Part shown: in pieces, positions 1-14,564 of the stretch
Position numbering within the stretch: position 1 is the first letter of the stretch
How the letters are laid out: every line of letters starts with the position of its first letter
Origin: Eledone cirrhosa
Taxonomy: Eukaryota
Reading direction: 5' to 3'
NCBI GenBank assembly: GCA_964016885.1
Contig: OZ024743.1
Location: 129,952,001 to 130,016,000, forward strand
DNA: 64,000 nucleotides
Made by a program: the position numbers and the translations under genes
The notes under the pieces: model-generated
Seen by the model: the letters and a program-made list of their open reading frames with translations, nothing else
What the model was told of the DNA's origin: nothing
Database searches by the model: none

Positions 1-825
1 CAAGCACCAAAAACCAAGCACCAAGCACAAAGCACCAAGCACCAAACACCAAATGCCAAACACCAAACACCAAGCACCAAGCACCAAACACCAAGCACCA
101 AGCGCCAAAGACCAAACACCAAGCACCAAGCACCAAACACCAAGCACCAAGCTCCGAGCACCAAACACCAAGCACGAAGAACCAATCACCAAATACCAAG
201 CACCTAGCACCAAACACCAAACACCAAGCACCAAGCACCAAACACCAAACACCAAGCAACAAGCACCAAACACCAAACACCAAGCACCAAGCACCAAACA
301 CCAAGAACCAAGCACCAAGCACTAAACACCAAACAGCAAGCACCAAGCACCAAACACCAAACACCAAGCACCAAGCACCAAACACCAAACACCACACACC
401 AAGCACCAAGCACCAAACCCCAAGCACGAAGAACCAATCACCAAATACCAAGCACCTAGCACCAAACACCAAACACCAAGCACCAAACCCCAAGCACCAG
501 ACACCAAGCACCAATCAACAAACACCAAATACCAAGCACCAAGCACCAAACACCAAAAACCAAGCACCAAGCACGAAACACCCAATGCCAAATACCAAAC
601 ACCAAGCACCAAGCACCAAACACCAAGCACCAAGCGCCAAAGACCAAACACCAAGCACCAAGCACCAAACACCAAGCACGAAGCTCCGAGCACCAAACAC
701 CAAGCACCAAGCACCAAGCACCAAACACCAAATACCAAACACCAAGCACTAAACCCCAAACACCAAGCACCAAGCACCAAGCACCAAGCACCAAGCACCA
801 AACACCAAGCACCAAGCACCAAACA
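1..825 (+). repeat. Higher-order direct repeat, copy 1 (partner 3312-4136, offset 3311 = 473x7)
   Basis: Identical ORF translations at 53..325/3364..3636, 204..437/3515..3748 and 515..745/3826..4056. Shared rare variants CTCCGAG, CACGAAG-AACCAAT, CACCCAATGCC. The match ends at 826/4137. Confidence 0.92.
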
Positions 826-3112
826 ACAAACACCAAGCACCAACCACCAAACACCAAGCACCAAGCACCAAGCACCAACCACCAAACACCAAGCACCAAG
901 CATCAAGCACCAAGCACCAAGCACCAAGCACCAAGCGCCAAACATCAAACACCAAGCACCAAGCACCAAACACCAAGCACCAAGCACCAATCACCAAACA
1001 CCAAGCACCAAGCACCAAACACCAAAACACCAAGCACCAAGCACCAAACACCAAACACCAAGCACCAACCACCAAACACCAAGCACCAAGCACCAAGCAC
1101 CAAGCACCAAACACCAAACACCAAAAACCAAACAGCAAAAACCAGACAGCAAACAGCAAACACCAAACAGCAAACACCAAACAGCAAACACCAAACCCAA
1201 AACACCAAACAGCAAACACCAAACAGCAAACAACAAACACCAAACAGCAAACACCAGACACCAAACACCAAACAACAAACACCAAACACCAAACACCAAA
1301 CACCAAACAGCAAACACCAAACACCAAACACCAAACAGAAATAGCCAAACATCAAACGACAAACACCAAACGCCAAGCACCAAGCACCAAGCACCAAGCA
1401 CAAAGCACCAAGCAACAAAAACAAAGTACCAAGCACCAAGCACCAAACAGCAAACACCAAACAGCAAACACCAAACAGCAAACACCAAACACCAAACAGC
1501 AAACACCAAACACCAAACACCAAACAGCAAAAACCAAACACCAAACACCAAACACCAAGCACCAAGCACCAAACACCAAGCACCAAGCAACAAGCACCAA
1601 TCACCAAGCACCAAGCACCAAACACCAAACACCAAGAACCAAGCACCAAACACCAAACACCAAGCATCAAGCACCAAACACCAAACACCAAGCACCAGTC
1701 ACCAAGCACCAAGCACCAAGCACCAAGCACCAAGCACCAAACACCAAGCACCAAGCAGCAAGCACCAAACACCAAGAACCAAACACCAAGCACCAGACAC
1801 CAAGCACCAAGCACCAAGCACCAAGCACCAAACACCAAGCACCAAGCACCAAATACCAAGCACCAAGCGCCAAACACCAAACACTAAGCACCAAGCACCA
1901 AATACCAAGCACCAAGCACCGAGCACCAAACACCAAACACCAAACACCAAACAGCAAACAGAAAACAGCAAACACCAAACACCATACACCAAAGAGCAAA
2001 CAGCAAACACCAAACACCAAACAGCAACCAGCAAACACCAAACACCAAACACCAAACAGCTAACGCCAAACAGCAAACGCCAAACACCAAGCACCAAGCA
2101 CCAAACACCAAGCACCAAACACCAAGCACCAAACACCAAACACCAAACACCAAGCACCAAGCACCAAGCACCAAACACCAAACACCAAGCACCAAGCACT
2201 AAACACCAAACACAAAGCACCAAGCACCAAGCACCAAACACCAAGCACCAAGCACCAAGCACCAAGCACCAAGCACGAAACATCAAGCACCAAACACCAA
2301 GCACCAAGCACCAAACACCAAACACCAAGCACCAAGCACCAAACACCAAGAACCAAGCACCAAGCACTAAACACCAAACACCAAGCACCAAGCACCAACA
2401 CCAAACACCAAGCACCAAGCACCAAACACCAAGTACCAAGCACCAAGCACTAAACACCAAGCACCAAGTACCTAACACCAAGCAGCAAACACCAACCCCG
2501 AGCACCAAACACCAAACACCAAGCACCAAGTACCAAGCACCAAACACCAAACACCAAACACCAAGCACCAAGTACCTAACACCAAGCACCAAGCACCAAA
2601 CACCAAACGCCTAGCACCAAGCACCAAACACCAAGCACCAAGCACAAAGCACCAAAAGCCAAGCACCAAGCACCAAGCACCAAACACCAAACAGCAAGCA
2701 CCAAGTACCACACATCAAACACCAAGCACCAAACACCAAACACCAGGCCCAAACACCAAGCACCAATCACCAAGCACCAAGCACCAAGCAACAAACACAA
2801 AGCACCAATCACCAAGCACCAATCACCAAGCACCAAGCACCAAACACCAAGCACCAAGCGCCAAACACCAAACACCAAGCACCAAGCACCAAACACCAAG
2901 CACAAAGCACCAATCACCAAACACCAAGCACCAAGCACCAAACACCAAACACCAAGCACCAAGCACCAAACACTAAACAACAAGTACCAAGCACAAAGCA
3001 CCAAACACCAAGCACCAAGCACCAAGCACCAAACACCAAACAGCAAACAGCAAACACCAAACAACAAACAGCAAACACCAAACAGCAAAAAAACCAAACA
3101 CCAAATACTAAA

Positions 3113-3154
3113 CAGAAAATGCCAAACATCAAACGACAAACACCAAACGCCAAG
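3113..3154 (+). repeat. 42-bp landmark motif CAGAAAA TGCCAAA CATCAAA CGACAAA CACCAAA CGCCAAG (representative copy; 29 copies counted)
   Basis: Starts at 1336*, 3113, 6093, 6494, 8016, 10086, 10562*, 10963, 11600*, 13740*, 16832, 21582, 24171, 25108, 26724, 27941, 28857, 31369, 33124, 34313, 38168, 39174, 41563, 44767, 48453*, 51300*, 54309*, 56757*, 60229* (* = variant). It is the source of the recurring MPNIKRQTPNAKHQ ORF starts. Confidence 0.93.
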
Positions 3155-3311
3155 CACCAAGCACCAAGCACCAAGCACAAAGCACCAAGCACCAAACACC
3201 AAGCACCAAGCACCACGCACCAAACACCAAACACCAAACACCAAGCACCAAGCACCAAACCCCAAGCACCAGACACCAAGCACCAATCAACAAACACCAA
3301 ATACCAAGCAC

Positions 3312-4136
3312 CAAGCACCAAAAACCAAGCACCAAGCACAAAGCACCAAGCACCAAACACCAAATGCCAAACACCAAACACCAAGCACCAAGCACCAAAC
3401 ACCAAGCACCAAGCGCCAAAGACCAAACACCAAGCACCAAGCACCAAACACCAAGCACCAAGCTCCGAGCACCAAACACCAAGCACGAAGAACCAATCAC
3501 CAAATACCAAGCACCTAGCACCAAACACCAAACACCAAGCACCAAGCACCAAACACCAAACACCAAGCAACAAGCACCAAACACCAAACACCAAGCACCA
3601 AGCACCAAACACCAAGAACCAAGCACCAAGCACTAAACACCAAACAGCAAGCACCAAGCACCAAACACCAAACACCAAGCACCAAGCACCAAACACCAAA
3701 CACCACACACCAAGCACCAAGCACCAAACCCCAAGCACGAAGAACCAATCACCAAATACCAAGCACCTAGCACCAAACACCAAACACCAAGCACCAAACC
3801 CCAAGCACCAGACACCAAGCACCAATCAACAAACACCAAATACCAAGCACCAAGCACCAAACACCAAAAACCAAGCACCAAGCACGAAACACCCAATGCC
3901 AAATACCAAACACCAAGCACCAAGCACCAAACACCAAGCACCAAGCGCCAAAGACCAAACACCAAGCACCAAGCACCAAACACCAAGCACGAAGCTCCGA
4001 GCACCAAACACCAAGCACCAAGCACCAAGCACCAAACACCAAATACCAAACACCAAGCACTAAACCCCAAACACCAAGCACCAAGCACCAAGCACCAAGC
4101 ACCAAGCACCAAACACCAAGCACCAAGCACCAAACA
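3312..4136 (+). repeat. Higher-order direct repeat, copy 2 of 1-825
   Basis: Same variant order as 1-825 at a constant offset of 3311. Confidence 0.92.
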
Positions 4137-4949
4137 CCAAACACAAAACACCAAGTACCAAGTACCAAACACCAAACACCAAACACCAAGCACCAAGCAC
4201 CAAACACCAAGCACCAAGCACCAAGCACCAAACAACAAGCACCAAGCACCAAGTACCTAACACCAAACGCCTAGCACCAAGCACCAAACACCAAGCACCA
4301 AGCACAAAGCACCAAAAGCCAAGCACCAAGCACCAAGCACCAAGCACCAAGCACCAAGCACCAAACACCAAACAGCAAGCACCAAGTACCACACATCAAA
4401 CACCAAGCACCAAACACCAAACACCAGGCACCAAGCACCAAGCACCAAGCACCAAGCACCAAACACCAAGCACCAAGCACCAAACACGAAACACAAAACA
4501 CCAAGTACCAAGTACCAAACACCAAACACCAAACACCAAGCACCAAGCACCAAACACCAAAAACCAAGCACCAAGCACAAAGCACCAAGCACCAAACTCC
4601 AAATGCCAAACACCAAACACCAAGCACCAAGCACCAAACACCAAGCACCAAGCGCCAAAAACCAAACACCAAGCACCAAGCACCAAACACCAAGCACCAA
4701 GCTCCGAGCACCAAACACCAAGCACCAAGCACCAATCACCAAATACCAAGCACCTAGCACCAAACATCAAACACCAAGCACCAAGCACCAAACACCAAAC
4801 ACCAAGCACCAAGCACCAAACACCAAATACCAAGCACCAAGCACTAAGCACCAAACACAAAACACCAAGTACCAAGCACCAAACACCAAACACCAAACAC
4901 CAAGCACCAAGCACCAGACACCAAGCACCAAGCACCAAGCACCAAACAA

Positions 4950-7440
4950 CAAGCACCAAGCACCAATTACCTAACACAAAGCACCAAGCACCAAACACCA
5001 AACGCCTAGCACCAAGCACCAAACACCAAGCACCAAGCACAAAGCACCAAAAGCCAAGCACCAAGCACCAAGCACCAAACACCAAACAGCAAGCACCAAG
5101 TACCACACATCAAACACCAAGCACCAAACACCAAATACCAGGCCCAAACACCAAGCACCAATCACCAAGTACCAAGCACCAAGCAACAAACACAAAGCAC
5201 CAATCACCAAGCACCAAGCACCAAGCACCAAGCACCAAGCACCAAACACCAAGCACCAAGCACCAAACACCAAACACAAAACACCAAGTACCAAGTACCA
5301 AACACCAAACACCAAACACCAAGCACCAAGCACCAAACTCCAAGCACCAAGCACCAAACTCCAAGCACCAAGCACAAAGCACCAAACAACAAGCACCAAG
5401 CACCAAGTACCTAACACCAAACGCCTAGCACCAAGCACCAAACACCAAGCACCAAGCACAAAGCACCAAAAGCCAACCACCAAGCACCAAGCACCAAGCA
5501 CCAAACAGCAAGCACCAAGTACCACACATCAAACACCAAGCACCAAACACCAAACACCAGGCCCAAACACCAAGCACCAATCACCAAGCACCAAGCACCA
5601 AGCAACAAACACAAAGCACCAATCACCAAGCACCAAGCACCAAGCACCAAGCACCAAGCACCAAACACCAAGCACCAAGCACCAAACACCAAGCACCAAG
5701 CACCAATCACCAAACACCAAGCACCAATCACCAAACACCAAACAGCAAGCACCAAGCACCAAACACCAAACACCAAGTACCAAGCACAAAGCACCAAACA
5801 CCAAGCACCAAGCACCAAGCACCAAACACCAAACACCAAGCACCAAGCACCAAACACCAAACACCAAGTACCAAGCACAAAGCACCAAACACCAAGCACC
5901 AAGCACCAAGCACCAAACAGCAAACACCAAACACCAAATAGCTCACACCAAACACCAAACACTAAACACCAAACAGCAAACACCAAACACCAAACATCAA
6001 ATACAAAACACCAAACAGCAAACACCAAACAGCAAACACCAAACACCAAACAGCAAACACCAAACAGCAAACACCAAACACCAAACACCAAACAGAAAAT
6101 GCCAAACATCAAACGACAAACACCAAACGCCAAGCACCAAGCACCAAGCACCAAGCACCAAGCACCAAGCACCAAGCACCAATAACCAAAAAAACCAAGC
6201 ACCACGCACTAAACACCAAACACCAAACACCAAGCAGCAAGCACCAAACCCCAAGCACCAGACACCAAGCACCAATCAACAAACACCAAATACCAAGAAC
6301 CAAGCACCAAACACCAAAAACCAAGCACCAAGCACAAAGCACCAAGCACCAAACACCAAATGCCAAACACCAAACACCAAGCACCAAGCACCAAACACCA
6401 AGCACCAAGCGCCAAAAACCAAACACCAAGCACCAAGCACCAAACACCAAGCACCAAGCTCCGAGCACCAAACACCAAGCACCAAGCACCAAACAGAAAA
6501 TGCCAAACATCAAACGACAAACACCAAACGCCAAGCACCAAGCACCAAGCACCAAGCACAAAGCACGCAGCACCAAACACCAAGCACCAAGCACCAAGCA
6601 CCCAACACCAAGCACAACGCACCAAACACCAAACACCAAACCCCAAGCACCAGACACCAAGCACCAATCAACAAACACCAAACACCAAGCACCAAGCACC
6701 AAACACCAAGCACCAAGCACCAAGCACCAAACAACAAGCACCAAGCACCAATTACCTAACACAAAGCACCAAGCACCAAACACCAAACGCCTAGCACCAA
6801 GCACCAAACACCAAGCACCAAGCACAAAGCACCAAAAGCCAAGCACCAAGCACCAAGCACCAAACACCTAACAGCAAGCACCAAGTACCACACATCAAAC
6901 ACCAAGCACCAAACACCAAATACCAGGCCCAAACACCAAGCACCAATCACCAAGTACCAAGCACCAAGCAACAAACACAAAGCACCAATCACCAAGCACC
7001 AAGCACCAAGCACCAAGCACCAAGCACCAAACACCAAGAACCAAGCACCAAACACCAAACACAAAACACCAAGTACCAAGTACCAAACACCAAACACCAA
7101 ACACCAAGCACCAAGCACCAAACTCCAAGCACCAAGCACCAAACTACAAGCACCAAGCACCAAGCACCAAACAACAAGCACCAAGCACCAAGTACCTAAC
7201 ACCAAACGCCTAGCACCAAGCACCAAACACCAAGCACCAAGCACAAAGCACCAAAAGCCAAGCACCATGCACCAAGCACCAAGAACCAAACAGCAAGCAC
7301 CAAGTACCACACATCAAACACCAAGCACCAAACACCAAACACCAGGCCCAAACACCAAGCACCAATCACCAAGCACCAAGCACCAAGCAACAAACACAAA
7401 GCACCAATCACCAAGCACCAAGCACCAAGCACCAAGCACC
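4950..7440 (+). repeat. Direct repeat pair of about 700 bp (~4950-5650 and ~6735-7440, offset 1785 = 255x7), each with an internal ~419-bp doublet
   Basis: ORF ends 4971..5525 vs 6756..7310 and 5411 vs 7196. Shared CAATTACCTAA, CGCCTAG, TACCAGGCCCAAA. CGCCTAG occurs at 5003 and 5422. Confidence 0.85.
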
Positions 7441-10159
7441 AAGCACCAAACACCAAGCACCAAGCACAAAGCACGCAGCACCAAACACCAAGCACCAAGC
7501 ACCAAGCACCAAACACCAAGCACAACGCACCAAACACCAAACACCAAACCCCAAGCACCAGACACCAAGCACCAATCAACAAACACCAAATACCAAGCAC
7601 CAAGCACCAAAAACCAAGCACCAAGCACAAAGCACCAAGCACCAAACACCAAATGCCAAACACCAAACACCAAGCACCAAGCACCAAACACCAAGCACCA
7701 AGCACCAAACACCAAGCACCAAGCTCCGAGCACCAAACACCAAATACCTAGCACCAAGAACCAAACACCAAGCACCAAGCACCAAGCACCAAACACCAAA
7801 CACCAAAGACCAGGCACCAGCACCAATCACTAAGCACCAAGCACCAAGGAACAAACACCAAGCACCAAGCACCAAGCACCAAACAGCAAACACAAACAGC
7901 AAACACCAAACAGCAAACAGCAAACACCAAACAGCAAACACCAAACACCAAACAGCAAACAGCAAACAGCAAACACCAAACAGCAAACAGCAAACACCAA
8001 ACACCAAACACCAAACAGAAAATGCCAAACATCAAACGACAAACACCAAACGCCAAGCACCAAGCACCAAGCACCAAGCACAAAGCACCCAGCACCAAAC
8101 ACCAAGCACCAAGCACAACGCACCAAACACCAAACACCAAACCCCAAGCACCAGACACCAAGCACCAATCAACAAACACCAAATACCAAGCACCAAGCAC
8201 CAAAAACCAAGCACCAAGCACAAAGCACCAAGCACCAAACACCAAATGCCAAACACCAAACACCAAGCACCAAGCACCAAACACCAAGCACCAAGCACCA
8301 AACACCAAGCACCAAGCACCAAGCACCAAACACCAAACACCAAAGACCAGGCACCAAGCACCAATCACCAAGCACCAAGCACCAAGGAACAAACACCAAG
8401 CACCAAGCACCAAGCACCAAACAGCAAACACAAACAGCAAATACCAAACAGCAAACACCAAACAGCAAACAGCAAACACCAAACACCAAACAGCAAACAC
8501 CAAACACCAAACAGCAAACACCAAACAACAAACACCAAACAGCAAACAGCAAACACCAAACATCAAACACCAAACACCAAGCACCAAATACCAAGCACGA
8601 AGCAACAAGCACCAATCACCCAGCACCAAGCACCAAACACCAAACACCAAGCACCAAGCACCAAACTCCAAACACCAAACACCGAGCACCAAGCACCAAG
8701 CACCAATCACCAAACACCAAGCACGAAACATCAAGCACCAAACACCAAGCACCAAGCACCAAACACCAAACACCAAGCACCAAGGACCAAACACCAAGAA
8801 CCAAGCACCAAGCACTAAACACCAAACACCAAGCACCAAGCACCAAACACCAAACACCAAGCACCAAGCACCAAACACCAAACACCAAACACCAAGCACC
8901 AAGCACCAAACCCCAAGCACCAAACACAAAGCACCAATCAACAAACACCAAACACCAAGCACCAAGCACCAAACACCAAAAACCAAGCACCAAGCACAAA
9001 GCACCAAGCACCAAACACCAAGCACCAGACACCAAGCACCAATCAACAAACACCAAATACCAAGAACCAAGCACCAAACACCAAAAACCAAGCACCAAGC
9101 ACAAAGCACCAAGCACCAAACACCAAATGCCAAACACCAAACACCAAGCACCAAGCACCAAACACCAAGCACCAAGCGCCAAAAACCAAACACCAAGCAC
9201 CAAGCACCAAACACCAAGCACCAAGCTCCGAGCACCAAACACCAAGCACCAAGCACCAATCACCAAATACCAAGCACCTAGCACCAAACACCAAACACCA
9301 AGCACCAAGCACCAAACACCAAACACCAAGCACCAAGCACCAAACACCAAATACCAAGCACCAATCACTAAACACCAAACCCCAAGCACCAAGCACCAAG
9401 CACCAAGCACCAAACACCAAGCACCAAACACCAAAAACCAAACACGAAGCACCAAGCACCAAACACCAAGCACCAAGCACCAAGCACCAAACAACAGGCA
9501 CCAAGCACCAAGTACCTAACACCAAGCACCAAGCACCAAACACCAAACGCCTAGCACCAAGCACCAAACACCAAGCACCAAGCACAAAGCACCAAAAGCC
9601 AAGCACCAAGCACGAAGCACCAAGCACCAAACAGCAAGCACCAAGTACCACACATCAAACACCAAGCACCAAACACCAAACACCAGGCCCAAACACCAAG
9701 CACCAATGACCAAGTACCAAGCACCAAACAACAAACACAAAGCACCAATCACCAAGCACCAAGCACCAAGCACCAAGCACCTAGCACCAAACACCAAGCA
9801 CCAAGCGCCAAACACCAAACACCAAGCACCAAGCACCAAACACCAAGCACCAAGCACCAATCACCAAACACCAAGCACTAAGAACCAAACACCAAGCACC
9901 AAGCAACGAGCACCAAACACCAATCACCAAGTACCAAGCACCAAGCACCAAACACCAAGCACCAAGCACCAAGCACCAAACACCAAACACCAAACACCAA
10001 ACAGCAAACACCAAACACCAAACACCAAACACCAAACAGCAAACACCAAACATCAAACATCAAATACAAAACACCAAACAGCAAACAGAAAATGCCAAAC
10101 ATCAAACGACAAACACCAAACGCCAAGCACCAAGCACCAAGCACCAAGCACCAAACACC

Positions 10160-13100
10160 AAGCACCAAGCACCAATCACCAAACACCAAGCACCAATCAC
10201 CAAACACCAAACAGCAAGCACCAAGCACCAAACACCAAACACCAAGTACCAAGCACAAAGCACCAAACACCAAGCACCAAGCACCAAGCACCAAACACCA
10301 AACACCAAGCACCAAGCACCAAACACCAAACACCAAGTACCAAGCACAAAGCACCAAACACCAAGCACCAAGCACCAAGCACCAAACAGCAAACACCAAA
10401 CACCAAATAGCTAACACCAAACACCAAACACTAAACACCAAACAGCAAACACCAAACACCAAACATCAAATACAAAACACCAAACAGCAAACACCAAACA
10501 GCAAACACCAAACACCAAACAGCAAACACCAAACAGCAAACACCTAACACCAAACACCAAACAGAAAAGGCCAAACATCAAACGACAAACACCAAACGCC
10601 AAGCACCAAGCACCAAGCACCAAGCACCAAACACCAAGCACCAAGCACCAATAACCAAAAAAACCAAGCACCACGCACCAAACACCAAACACCAAACACC
10701 AAGCAGCAAGCACCAAACCCCAAGCACCAGACACCAAGCACCAATCAACAAACACCAAATACCAAGAACCAAGCACCAAACACCAAAAACCAAGCACCAA
10801 GCACAAAGCACCAAGCACCAAACACCAAATGCCAAACACCAAACACCAAGCACCAAGCACCAAACACCAAGCACCAAGCGCCAAAAACCAAACACCAAGC
10901 ACCAAGCACCAAACACCAAGCACCAAGCTCCGAGCACCAAACACCAAGCACCAAGCACCAAACAGAAAATGCCAAACATCAAACGACAAACACCAAACGC
11001 CAAGCACCAAGCACCAAGCACCAAGCACAAAGCACCCAGCACCAAACACCAAGCACCAAGCACCAAACACCAAACACCAAGCACAACGCACCAAACACCA
11101 AACACCAAACCCCAAGCACCAGACACCAAGCACCAATCAACAAACACCAAATACCAAGCACCAAGCACCAAAAACCAAGCACCAAGCACAAAGCACCAAG
11201 CACCAAACACCAAATGCCAAACACCAAACACCAAGCACCAAGCACCAAACACCAAGCACCAAGCACCAAACACCAAGCACCAAGCTCCGAGCACCAAACA
11301 CCAAATACCTAGCACCAAGAACCAAACACCAAGCACCAAGCACCAAGCACCAAACACCAAACACCAAAGACCAGGCACCAAGCACCAATCACCAAGCACC
11401 AAGCACCAAGGAACAAACACCAAGCACCAAGCACTAAGCACCAAGCACTAAGCACCAAACAGCAAACACCAAACAGCAAACACCAAACACCAAACAGCAA
11501 ACACCAAACACCAAACAGCAAACACCAAACACCAAACAGCAAACACCAAACAGCAAACACCAAACAGCAAACAGCAAACACCAAACACCAAACACCAAAC
11601 AGAAAATGCCAAACATCAAACGACAAACACCAAATGCCAAGCACCAAGCACCAAGCACCAAGCACAAAGCACCCAGCACCAAACACCAAGCACCAAGCAC
11701 CAAGCACCAAACACCAAGCACAACGCACCAAACACCAAACACCAAACCCCAAGCACCAGACACCAAGCACCAATCAACAAACACCAAATACCAAGCACCA
11801 AGCACCAAAAACCAAGCACCAAGCACAAAGCACCAAGCACCAAACACCAAATGCCAAACACCAAACACCAAGCACCAAGCACCAAACACCAAGCACCAAG
11901 CACCAAACACCAAGCACCAAGCACCAAGCACCAAACACCAAACACCAAAGACCAGGCACCAAGCACCAATCACCAAGCACCAAGCACCAAGGAACAAACA
12001 CCAAGCACCAAGCACCAAGCACCAAACAGCAAACACAAACAGCAAACACCAAACAGCAAACACCAAACACCAAACAGCAAACACCAAACACCAAACAGCA
12101 AACACCAAACACCAAACAGCAAACACCAAACAGCAAACACCAAACAGCAAACAGCAAACACCAAACATCAAACACCAAACACCAAGCACCAAATACCAAG
12201 CACGAAGCAACAAGCACCAATCACCAAGCACCAAGCACCAAACACCAAACACCAAGCACCAAGCACCAAACTCCAAACACCAAACACCGAGCACCAAGCA
12301 CCAAGCACCAATCACCAAACACCAAGCACGAAACATCAAGCACCAAACACCAAGCACCAAGCACCAAACACCAAACACCAAGCACCAAGGACCAAACACC
12401 AAGAACCAAGCACCAAGCACTAAACACCAAACACCAAGCACCAAGCACCAAACACCAAACACCAAGCACCAAGCACCAAACACCAAACACCAAACACCAA
12501 GCACCAAGCACCAAACCCCAAGCACCAAACACAAAGCACCAATCAACAAACACCAAACACCAAGCACCAAGCACCAAACACCAAAAACCAAGCACCAAGC
12601 ACAAAGCACCAAGCACCAAACACCAAGCACCAGACACCAAGCACCAATCAACAAACACCAAATACCAAGAACCAAGCACCAAACACCAAAAACCAAGCAC
12701 CAAGCACAAAGCACCAAGCACCAAACACCAAATGCCAAACACCAAACACCAAGCACCAAGCACCAAACACCAAGCACCAAGCGCCAAAAACCAAACACCA
12801 AGCACCAAGCACCAAACACCAAGCACCAAGCTCCGAGCACCAAACACCAAGCACCAAGCACCAATCACCAAATACCAAGCACCTAGCACCAAACACCAAA
12901 CACCAAGCACCAAGCACCAAACACCAAACACCAAGCACCAAGCACCAAACACCAAATACCAAGCACCAAGCACTAAACACCAAACCCCAAGCACCAAGCA
13001 CCAAGCACCAAGCACCAAACACCAAGCACCAAACACCAAACACCAAACACGAAGCACCAAGCACCAAACACCAAGCACCAAGCACCAAGCACCAAACAAC

Positions 13101-13680
13101 AAGCACCAAGCACCAAGTACCTAACACCAAGCACCAAACACCAAACGCCTAGCACCAAGCACCAAACACCAAGCACCAAGCACAAAGCACCAAAAGCCAA
13201 GCACCAAGCACGAAGCACCAAGCACCAAACAGCAAGCACCAAGTACCACACATCAAACACCAAGCACCAAACACCAAACACCAGGCCCAAACAACAAGCA
13301 CCAATCACCAAGTACCAAGCACCAAACAACAAACACAAAGCACCAATCACCAAGCACCAAGCACCAAGCACCAAGCACCTAGCACCAAACACCAAGCACC
13401 AAGCGCCAAACACCAAACACCAAGCACCAAGCACCAAACACCAAGCACCAAGAACCAATCACCAAACACCAAGCACTAAGAACCAAACACCAAGCACCAA
13501 GCACCGAGCACCAAACACCAAACACCAAGTACCAAGCACCAAGCACCAAACACCAAGCACCAAGCACCAAGCACCAAGCACCAAACACCAAACACCAAAC
13601 AGCAAACACCAAACACCAAACACCAAACACCAAACAGCAAACACCAAACATCAAACATCAAATACAAAACACCAAACAGC
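10160..13680 (+). repeat. Mosaic re-copy of ~5690-6700 (offset 4469) joined to ~7470-10080 (offsets ~3561-3605)
   Basis: Matching ORFs 5728..5958/10197..10427, 6276..6506/10745..10975, 8246..8818/11851..12423 and 9781..10056/13379..13654. The same A7 homopolymer variant occurs at ~6188 and ~10657. Confidence 0.85.
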
Positions 13681-14564
13681 AAACACCAAGCACCAAACAC
13701 CAAACAGCAAACAGCAAACACCAAACACCAAACACCAGACAGAAAATGCCAAACATCAAACAACAAACACCAAACGCCAAGCACCAAGCACCAAGCACCA
13801 AGCACAAAGCACCAAGCACCAGACACCAAGCACCAAGCACTAAGCACCAAACACCAAGCACCACGCACCAAACACCAAACACCAAACACCAAGCAGCAAG
13901 CACCAATCAACAAACACCAAATACCAAGCACCAAGCACCAGAAACCAAGCACCAAGCACAAAGCACCAAGCACCAAACACCAAATGCCAAACACCAAACA
14001 CCAAGCACCAAGCACCAAACACCAAGCACCAAGAACCAAACACCAAGCACCAAGCACCAAGCACCAAACACCAAACACCAAACACCAGGCACCAAGCACC
14101 AAGCACCAAGGAACAAACACCAAGCACCAAGCACCAAGCACCAAACAGCAAACACAAACAGCAAACACCAAACAGCAAACACCAAACACCAAACAGCAAA
14201 CACCAAACACCAAACAGAAAACACCAAACACCAAACAGCAAACACCAAACACCAAACACCAAGCACCGAGCACCAAACACCAATCACCAAGCACCAAACA
14301 CAAAACACCAAGCACCAATCACCAAGCACCAAGCACCAAGCACCAAACACCAAACACCAAGCACCAAGCACTAAACACCAAACACAAAGCACCAAGCACG
14401 AAGCACCAAACACCAAGCACCAAGCACCAAGCACCAATCACCAAACACCAAGCACGAAACATCAAGCACCAAACACCAAGCACCAAGCACCAAACACCAA
14501 ACACCATTCACCAAGCACCAAACACCAAGAACCAAGCACCAAGCACTAAACACCAAACACCAAG

